Positions 55,401 through 64,000 of a DNA stretch of 64,000 nt are shown piece after piece. The position numbers and the translations under genes are program-made. Source of the DNA: the human T2T-CHM13v2.0 reference genome, Homo sapiens; NCBI RefSeq assembly GCF_009914755.1, contig NC_060928.1. One strand, given 5' to 3'. A model generated the notes under the pieces. The model saw nothing but the letters and a program-made list of their open reading frames with translations, was not told the DNA's origin and ran no database searches. Position 1 is the first letter of the stretch. Every line of letters begins with the position of its first letter.

Positions 55401-55604
55401 AAACCACGCAGATAGAAGATCCAAGAAAACAATGGAGGGGGGAACAGGAGAAGATGCTCAAGGACTACCTCTCTGTGGCACAGGATGCCCTCCGGACACA
55501 GAAGGAACTGTACCATGTGAAGGAGCAGAGGCTGGCGCTGGCCCTGGATGAATACGTGCGATTAAATGATGCCTATAAGGAAAAGTCAAGTTCTCACACA
55601 AGCT
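55401..55604 (+). CDS. WWC2: WWC2 coding exon (exon 3): end of WW2 and start of coiled coil
   Basis: Acceptor gttttcAG|AA, donor T|GTAAGT. 204 nt, phase 1-1. A|AA completes Lys with the previous exon. Encodes [67 protein letters not shown]. Confidence 0.96.
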
Positions 55605-56396
55605 GTAAGTACAGTGTGGCTATTCAGACTTTGGAAGTGGAGACTGAATTGTAGATAACAGAAGACCACTTACATTTCTATGGAGTTTAATTTTGAGTCC
55701 TTTTCCCTCCTAAGCAGGAAGAGTCTCTCAAAACCATTGAGAGGTGAGGGCACACCCCAGATTTTCTCACCCCTACTTCAGATAAAAGAATCCCTGTTTG
55801 GGGGTTATGCATGCCTTCTGTTTCTGCACCTGCCTCTGCCAGGTTGCCTTTTATGCATTTACGAGTTAATTTTTACCTTTTCAGAACAGTGCAAGTAGTT
55901 TGGCCCTTTTTGCTACTTTTGTACAATATTTTTAGTGGGGAGGAACTGGAACTATTACCTAGAGTGTAATTTCTGTTGACCATCTGAGTTGATTTACTGC
56001 TCCCTCATCTCACAGATTGACTATTTGGAGCTGGCTTTGTTTAAAGAAGCAGCTGTGATGAGCTCAGAAGTTCTGCTTAAATTATAAATTCCTTGATAAT
56101 GCAAAACTCTGATATACTGCTGCAGTATAGTCCTCTGAGGACATAGTGTGTATAAAATCCAGAAGAAAATTAAGCACCAAGGTCTTAATGACATTTCTCT
56201 TTACAGAGTTAAAAAAAATGGTAGAGGTTTGAAGATAACTTTTTATATTTAGGTGTCTGATCAATGGCAATAAAGGAATTAGAAAGCAAGTATTCACAGA
56301 AGCACATAAATCTTGTTTTTAGCTTCAGTAAATTCTAAGCTGAGAACTAGTTATGCAACTTGTAAATAATTAGTTTTTCTTTTTTCTCTATAAAAG

Positions 56397-56473
56397 TATT
56401 CTCAGGATCTTCATCCAGTACTAAATATGATCCCGATATTTTAAAAGCTGAGATCTCCACTACAAGATTAAGG
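56397..56473 (+). CDS. WWC2: WWC2 coding exon (exon 4)
   Basis: Polypyrimidine tract tttttcttttttctct, then ataaaAG|TA; donor AGG|GTAAGA. 77 nt. T|TA completes Leu. Encodes [26 protein letters not shown] (KYDPxILKAEI is typical of WWC/KIBRA proteins). Not in the ORF track. Confidence 0.93.
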
Positions 56474-56686
56474 GTAAGAAGTTTTAAATTGTGGTTCTAT
56501 GTTGACCCATATGCATAGAGTCTGAAGGCTGTGGAAGGGGCTTTAGTGATCAGTTCTCATCTCCATTTGGTGTAGAAAACTCCTCCCCTTATCTCTGATG
56601 AGTGGTCCTTCTACCTTGATGTGAACAAGTTCAGAGTGTGGGATAGTCTTTATTATTGAGACAATGTGTTCCACTATTGGGTAGTG

Positions 56687-56984
56687 TTTTGTTTGTTTGT
56701 TTGTTTGTTTTTTTGAGATGAAGTCTCACTCTGTCACCCAGGCTAGCGCACTGCAATCTCCGCCTCCTGGGTTCAAGCAATTCTCCCGCCTCAGCCTCCA
56801 GAGTAGCTGGGATTACAGGCGCGTGCCACTATGCACAACTAATTTTAGTATTTTTAGTAGAGATGGGGTTTCACCATGTTGGCCAGGCTGGTCACATTGG
56901 TCTTGAACTCCTGACTGCAAGTTATCTGCCCGCCTTAGCCTCCCAAAGTGCTGGGATTATAGGTGTGAGTCACTGCGCCTGGCC
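56687..56984 (-). mobile_element. AluS, about 210 nt downstream of exon 4
   Basis: Reverse-complement dimer with small indels; TSD tattgggtagt / tattgggcagt. Confidence 0.92.
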
Positions 56985-57669
56985 TATTGGGCAGTTTTAT
57001 TGTTAGCAGTTAGAATATTGAATCAAAATTTGAGTCTTGTAACTTGCTTTCCCTCATTGTGCTGAGTTTTGTCCTCCAGAGTTAAGCCAAGTTGCTGTTT
57101 TGTCAGACAACCCAATATTTCAAGATGCCCACAACTTAAAAGTCTAAGTCAGACTTTACTAGGTGCTCATAATGCCTCATGGAGAGGTGTTTCCTGAATC
57201 TTGGCCTGAATCTTTTTAACTAAACTGATGTTAAGGCCAGAACTTGTTTATCCTTGATTTTTAGAATATTGAAGTCTGTTCACCAAGTAAATAAACTCAT
57301 GTAACCAATACCCCCTGGTCATGAACTAGGTTATTACCGTGATTTCTCCTCATTAGTTCACCTCTCCATTAAGGTGGTACTAGCCTCATGAGCACTGAGG
57401 GTTAATTTTTCACCTGCTTTGAACTTCCTAAGACTGGATACCGTATGTGTTAATTTGATGGCTCGCCTTGCTCAACAGCATTTCGAGATCCACGTTCATT
57501 TTTGTTGCTGTATAGTGTTCCACTTTTGTGTACATACCATAAATTCTTTATCTCGTAATATTGATGTACATTAAAGTTTATTTCAATTTCTGATTATTAA
57601 AAATTATGCCTTAATGTACATATCTATTATGCATTATATGTGGAACACTTATATGTTGACCCTTAAAAG

Positions 57670-58032
57670 GAGATCAAATATACTGAGATAGAGAATAAAA
57701 CAGTGGTTACCGTGGACCTCGGGGGTGGGGCGGAGGTGAGGGGAGATGAAATGGTGAGGTGTGGTTCAAAGGATAAAAGGTGCAGATATGTGGGATGAAC
57801 AAGTCTAGAGATGGAATGTACAACATGAGGACTATAGGGAATAACATTGTATTGTATTAGGATTCTTGTTAAATAAGTTAAATAAGTAGATTTTGTGACA
57901 AAAAATGGTAACTGTGTGAGCTGATGGATATGTTAATTTGATTCACTATAGTAATCATTTTACTATCTCCATGTATGCCATAACATCATGTTGTAAGCCT
58001 CAAATATACACAATACAATTTATTTAAAAAAA
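57670..58032 (+). mobile_element. L1MA-like 3' end
   Basis: cagtggttacc...aagtctagagatggaatgtacaacatgaggactatag...tgatggatatgttaatt...aacatcatgttgta plus A-tail. Confidence 0.82.
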
Positions 58033-58034
58033 TA

Positions 58035-58370
58035 CAACCATGGCTCACTTAACAACGGGTATACATTCTGAGAAGTGTATTGTTAGGCAATTCCCTTGTC
58101 CTGTGAACATCACAGAGTATACTAATGCAAGCCCGTATCATAGGGCTACTACACACCTCAGCTATATGGGATAGCCTATTGCTTCCAGGCTACAAACCTG
58201 TACCGTATGATACTGTACTGAGTACTGGAAGTACATATTGTAAGTACATTCAGTACCTAGAATTATAACACACAGTGGTATTTGTGTCTAAACTTATCCA
58301 ATGGTAGAAAAGGCAGTGCGAGACATACCGTCTTATATGCAGGGAAATGTGGACATGTGGCACCTGACTG
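58035..58370 (-). mobile_element. Tigger3-family MITE
   Basis: TA-flanked. caaccatggctcacttaacaacgggtatacattctgagaa...ggcacctgactg; same family as 9091-9422, opposite strand. Confidence 0.8.
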
Positions 58371-58644
58371 TACATATCTCAGTGGATACTGCCAGTTTCA
58401 GCCCTTCTTACTTGCTTATGTCTGCACTAAGTCTCTAAGTTACTTTATGCACAGGCTTTTGCCTACATCTCACAAGTTTTGAATTTTATATTTCCATTGT
58501 TATTCAGATCAAAGTATTTTCTAACTTCCTTTATGATTTCTCATATGAGTGCATTGCTTAATTTTCAAACAATTGGAGATTTTCTTTTATTATTGACATC
58601 AACTTAAATACATTGTATTTTTCAGTTCAAAAACTTATATTTGA

Positions 58645-58778
58645 ACCTGGGTGCAGTGGCTTACACCTGTAATCCCAGCACTTTAGGAGGCCAAGGTGGG
58701 AGGATCGCTTGATGCCAGATGTTCAAGACCAGCCTGGGCATCATAACGAGACATAATCTCTATTAAAATTAAAAAAAG
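58645..58778 (+). mobile_element. FLAM_C / Alu left monomer
   Basis: ctgggtgcagtggcttacacctgtaatccc...gttcaagaccagcctgggca plus A-rich tail. Confidence 0.85.
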
Positions 58779-59276
58779 TTTTAATCTCAGAATTTCTATT
58801 TGATTATTTTTCAATTGTTTCTAGTTACTTGCCCAAATTCTGCACATTAATGTGTAAGTTTTGAACACTTTGTCATCCTAGAGAGGATTTAGTTTTGTTT
58901 GTTTTAGGTAGTCAGGCCAGGGTCAGGTAATTTTAATATAATCATGATTTGAGCTGACTGTAGCCTGGGCTTCAGTCCTTCTCTAAGGGCGGGTCAATTT
59001 CCAGTTTCCCTTTTCTTTTAGGGCAAAGCTCTTCAAAATCCCAGTTGAACTCTTGAGGTGTTTTACCAGGGCCCCTTCCGTTCGATAGATGCTGAACTTC
59101 ACGTCTCTTCCCTATGCCTTAGCTCTGTGCAGCTGCCAGCCCTTCTCTGTGTCTCAGGTGCTCAGTCACTGCATGCTCCCAGCCTTTCACTTTCTCTGTT
59201 GTGTGGGCAAATACCTCAAAAGCAGAAACAGTGCGATGTTTGGATTATGACACTGAGCTTCCCTTATCTTTTGGAT

Positions 59277-59568
59277 TTTTTTTTTTTTTGGCGGAGTCTT
59301 GCTCTGTTTCCCAGGCTGGAGTACAGTGGCGCTATCTCAGCTCACTGCAAGCTCCGCTTCCTGGGTTCAGGGGATTCTTCTGCCTCAGCTTTTGGAGTAG
59401 CTGGGACTACAGGCACCTGCCACCACGCCCGGCTAATTTTTTGTATTTTTGGTAGAGATGGGGTTTCGCCATGTTGGCCAGGCTGGTTTCGAACACCTGA
59501 CCTCATAATCTGCCCACCTCAGCCTCCCAAAGTGCTGGGATTACAGGTGTAAGCCACGGCGCCCGGCC
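59277..59568 (-). mobile_element. AluS
   Basis: Full reverse-complement dimer; TSD tcttttggat. Confidence 0.93.
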
Positions 59569-61958
59569 TCTTTTGGATCTTTAACACAAGTTCTTGCTGC
59601 CTTAGTCCTCGAATGTCCTCAAATAGATGTATGTGTTTGTTTTCTCATAATTTTTCTATTTCTTTTTAGAAAAAGAGTATGAAAAAGGTTTGTCTACACT
59701 TACTGGAAGCAAACCTCTTTAGTTTGGATTTCTTTATTTATGAAGTCATCATTCTATGTCACTGTACAATAAATACCACTCCAGGGTGTCCTGGACCCTT
59801 TACTTTGTCAGTCCATCCATAATTCTCTGTTCTTGCAATGGTTTGTCAAATGCCTTGGTACTGTATCTCTGTACCGTGTCTATATGTTTGTTTCTGTGAT
59901 CTACTAGGCTAGATACCTTATCTTACAAAAAAGGAAATGAAGACATTTTTGTCAAAACTTACTCTCAATAAACTCCAATACTCGAGCTGTGCACTTCTCA
60001 GCAAGTTATTATTACTTCCCTCTGAAATTTTCACCCTTTTCATAGTTCTTATCCTTGCAAGACACACTGTAAATGGAATAACCACAATAAGCTGTTAATC
60101 TGTATACTTAGATCCGCTAAGAAATATGCAAACTGAGGGAGAGATTTAGAAACAAAAATATATTAGGATATCTCATAAAACTAACCATTTAGAAGGAAAT
60201 GGAGCCTCATCCCAATCAGGGGTAGCACAGGAAATCCCAAGTGGTCACATTCCCCAGAATTGTCTTCTAATGTAGCGGAATCTCTTAGATTAAGCTTCTT
60301 CTATGCCAGGTTTAGTTCGCTCTTAATATCAGAGGCCTATATTATATTATAACGTATAATATATATAATATTTATCACCTTGTGACCACAAAGATGAGTC
60401 GGAGAGAGACGCCCTCTTCAAGAAGGTGCTTCCCTCACAAAAAGAAGACAAGATATTCATACATAACTATAATAAAAGATCAGAAATGACACTGGCTTCA
60501 TCCCTTTCATTAGTGCCTAGGTGCTTGTTTAATACTTCCTGGCACTGTGAATGCCTTTTTAGAAATGCTGCCATAGCAGATTGGTCCTCACAGACTGTGT
60601 TGCTGTTGTGATGTTTTGAGCTGTGTTTGAACACTTGGGCACAGATGGTGCGCTGTTTGGTATCTGTGTCCGTTTTGACCAGGTAGCACTTTAGGAATGG
60701 CCCAGCCATTCAGAAGTGGATGGGTAACTTGGCAGAGTCTGTTAGATTTTGATAATCTGGCCCTTCTTGGTTTGCGTACTCTGTTAAAAATCCCTTTCAC
60801 GAATTAATGCCGTAGGAGTAGTAACTCTTGAATAAATTAACTCATCACTTTGGTGTTTTGGAAGACTTGCCTGCATTTTTGGTCACAATAACAATTTTTA
60901 AAGCAAAGCCAAACGCTAGTTTTATGCTTTAATGTTTTGTTGCAACAATATTAGCAGGTGTACCTCAGTTGTTTTACTGAATTAGTACTAGTAGGTCAAG
61001 TATTTGGGAATCATGTATTTAGAAGCACCTGTCTAAAATATATTTCATGTTATATTATGGACATAGGTACTGATAATCATTGGGCTTGTTTCCTCTTTGG
61101 TCAAATGGGATAACAGTACTTCCCGATACCTTATTTTTATTTGTCAAAATGGTAAAATGAATGCATTAGTGCTTTTTATTAAGATACTCTTAACTTTTAA
61201 AGCTGGTGTTTAATTGCTTGAGAAAATCTCAATAGCCATTTTTTAAGGAAGAAGAATATAAACGTTTTACTGCAAAATTTATTATTTATTTAGAATAGAT
61301 CTTAGACCATAGTCACCTTGGGTTAAAATATAAACTGTCTCATGCAAATTAAACTTTAAATTCAATTGCCGTTAAAAAAAAAAAAACACAATACCGAAGT
61401 TTATAAATAGGTGAAATTTGGTGAAAATTTTGTGGAGAAAGTTTTTGGCTAATTTTTATTACATTTTTACTATTGTTAAGCCTAAATAGAGTGTTAGAAA
61501 TGTAAAAGAAAGTCTTTAGAAATACTAATGTATTTGAGAAGTGTATTGAGTACCCATTGCATGTGCTTTAATACAACTTTTAATTTTGTGAGAGTGAAGA
61601 ACAAAGACCCCTTTGGTTAAACTATTTGCACCGCATTCCAAACACATAGCTGGCTAGGGGGCACTGTTATTAATAACAGTATACTATCTTTTGTTCTCAA
61701 GTATGTACTGCTCACACATTGTTAATATAGACTCACTTTGAATTCGTTTTAGCAGTGGTGATGAGCTTAGAAAAGTCATCCACAGTCTTAGCTATTTGTA
61801 ATCTTGGAGACAGATTTAAAAGAATGGCAGTCAAATTTAAGGTTCAGTTTGTAACTGTGAGTAAAGTAATAATGTGCACATCAAAATATGACACTTTAGC
61901 TAATTATCTCACACAGCAAAAATCATATCAGTATTCTTCAAATAAAAAGAAATATGCT

Positions 61959-62243
61959 GGCCAGGCACGGTGGCTCATGCCTGTAATCCCAGCACTTTGG
62001 GAGGTCGAGGTGGGCGGATCACCTGAGGTCGGGAGTTCGAGACCAGCCTGACCAACATGGAGAAACCCCGTCTCTACTAAAAATACAAAATTAGCCAGGT
62101 GTGGTGGCACATGCCCGTAATCCCAGCTACTAGGGAGGCTGAGGCAGGAGAATCTCTTGAACGTGGGAGGTGGAGGTTGCGGTGAGCCGAGATTGCACCA
62201 GCCTGGGCAACAAGAGCGAAACTCCGTCTCAAAAAAAAAAAAG
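61959..62243 (+). mobile_element. AluSp-like
   Basis: gaggtcgggagttcgagaccagcctgaccaacatggagaaa diagnostic; TSD aaaagaaatatgc. Confidence 0.92.
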
Positions 62244-62468
62244 AAATATGCCTTTGGAGAATGTAAATTGCCGCAAATATTCTCTCTTGACTAGACATGA
62301 GAGATATCCTTATTCTCATACTGTGTTTACAATTTAGCTTACATTTCAAGTTCTTTCAGCTGTGACTTTGCTTTCTTTTAGGGTGTTGAAAGAGAATGAT
62401 GCTAACTTGTAACACCAAACTGTAGATAAGGTTATTCTTAGGATATTTGGAAATGAATTTGTATTGTA

Positions 62469-62807
62469 CAGTAGCTCCCCTTTATTCATAGGGCATATGG
62501 TCCAGGCCCCCCAGTGGATGCCTGAAGCCCCAGATAGTACTGAACCCATTGTATACTGTTTTCTCCTATACAGCCATACCTGTGATAAAGTTTAACTTAT
62601 AAATTAGACATAGTAAGGGATTACGACAATGACTAATAATAAATTGAACAGTCATCGCATTATACTTTAATAAAAGTTATGTGGATGTGGTCTCTCTCTC
62701 TCTCTCAAAATATCTTATTGTATCATAGTCATCTATTTTTGGACCGCAGTTGACTGCAGGCAACCTAAACTGCAGAAAATGAAACTGTGGATAAGGGAGG
62801 ACTATTA
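62469..62807. mobile_element. MER44A/Tigger7-family MITE
   Basis: TA-flanked; TIRs cagtagctcccctttattc / ggataagggaggactatta; about 340 bp. Confidence 0.82.
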
Positions 62808-64000
62808 TAGTTAGTGTTGGGTTAGAAAATAGTGCAACAGTCTTAGTGAATTTTGAGTGAAATTAGGAATGAGATGACTTGACTTACATTCGCAAGAAAA
62901 AAAAAAGCAAGACAGAAAGAAAATGAGAGATTCTCTTTAATACAGGAACTAGTGTTATCTAATATGACATGCTAGTAACTTGAAATAATTAAAATGTATA
63001 GCACAGTAGTGTCTTCTTTCAAAAGCATACCAGAATTTGAGTAGAGTGAACTTTAATACTTAATCACATTTATTGATTTTATAATGTTTTATTTCTCTCA
63101 CTCTCTATGAGTTTGGCCTCCTTTTCTAGCTTTGAAGGGTATGAAACTGCAGGCTAAATATGTATTTTAAAAAAGAAATCATTCACTGGCACTGTGTTGT
63201 TGAGGAGGAGATATTTAGTTTCTCTTCACCTAGCTAAGCTACCATGTCAATCTATATACATCCTAATTCTTAAATGCCCTTATATCCATAATGCTTGTGG
63301 CATTTTACAATATTAAAAGCAATTAATTTTTCCTGTTAGAGAATATATAATCTGAGCAAACAGGATTGACAGGAAAATATCACTCATAAATGATCTATTT
63401 TAAATGATTCTATAAAGCCTACAAAGCTCATTTGCTCATATTTTGAAGGTCATAGGGTCTAAGCTTTGTGGAATGTTATGAGATAAAGATATAATGAATA
63501 CATTCAAACCAACACTTCCTTATATTTTGGTACTTTTCTTTGACATGTACGCAATAAATACATTGACCTAACATGTTCACACTGAATTTTGAAACAACCT
63601 CCTGATGCCATGACAGTGAAAGTATGAAATAGCTATTTATTGTACATACGTTTTGCAATCTTCAGCAGCCTCGGGTGCACATTTATTTCTAGAGCTGAGG
63701 GTGGTAGACATAATACTCTCAGCTTCTACTTAATGAAGGCATCAGAATTTTAGCTCCTTCAAGATGTAAGGGAATAAAATTGTGTGATTCAAGAGTCGTC
63801 AGCTGGATGACAATTTTAGATGTGTCTTTAGAGAGAAGGTGATATTGGTGAAATAGGCTCAACAAGAAGACATTTTGCCTAAAATTCAGGCTGTCAAAAT
63901 CATGTGGATATATTTTAAAAGATCCAGCTTACTTCTGTTTCTGTCCATGAAAGATTAACTACCACAAGAATTGCCCTCTAACAGCAGGTGATTAGAGAAC

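Noticed and set aside
60340-60372. AT-rich quasi-palindrome
   Set aside because: Low-complexity TA sequence is self-complementary by composition.

Overview
Primate (human-like) genomic DNA from inside the Hippo-pathway scaffold gene WWC2 (KIBRA/WWC family), transcribed on the + strand. I find three coding exons that splice in frame: 41056-41165 (110 nt, WW domain 2), 55401-55604 (204 nt) and 56397-56473 (77 nt, missed by the ORF track). By recall of the protein these are exons 2-4. The rest is intron, rich in repeats: about 30 Alu/FLAM copies, L1/L2/MIR fragments, MaLR/ERVL solo LTRs and several Tigger/hAT DNA transposons. One Tigger is a near full-length fossil with both TIRs and a recognisable HTH+DDD transposase remnant. 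Apart from the two ORFs overlapping exons, the ORF track is Alu/L1/Tigger-derived or random. There is no CRISPR array or prokaryotic system, and I cannot claim a new biological system. Best leads: (1) an antisense U7 snRNA retrocopy that places a 22-nt perfect U7 complement in the pre-mRNA; (2) a competing CAG acceptor at exon 4 that would create a junction TGA; (3) a candidate 18-nt in-frame microexon in the WW1-WW2 linker; (4) a candidate 86-nt poison exon; (5) a tandem TEAD double motif; (6) template-switch-type palindromes. Repeat subfamily names come from my memory of consensus sequences, not from a search, and repeat boundaries are approximate.
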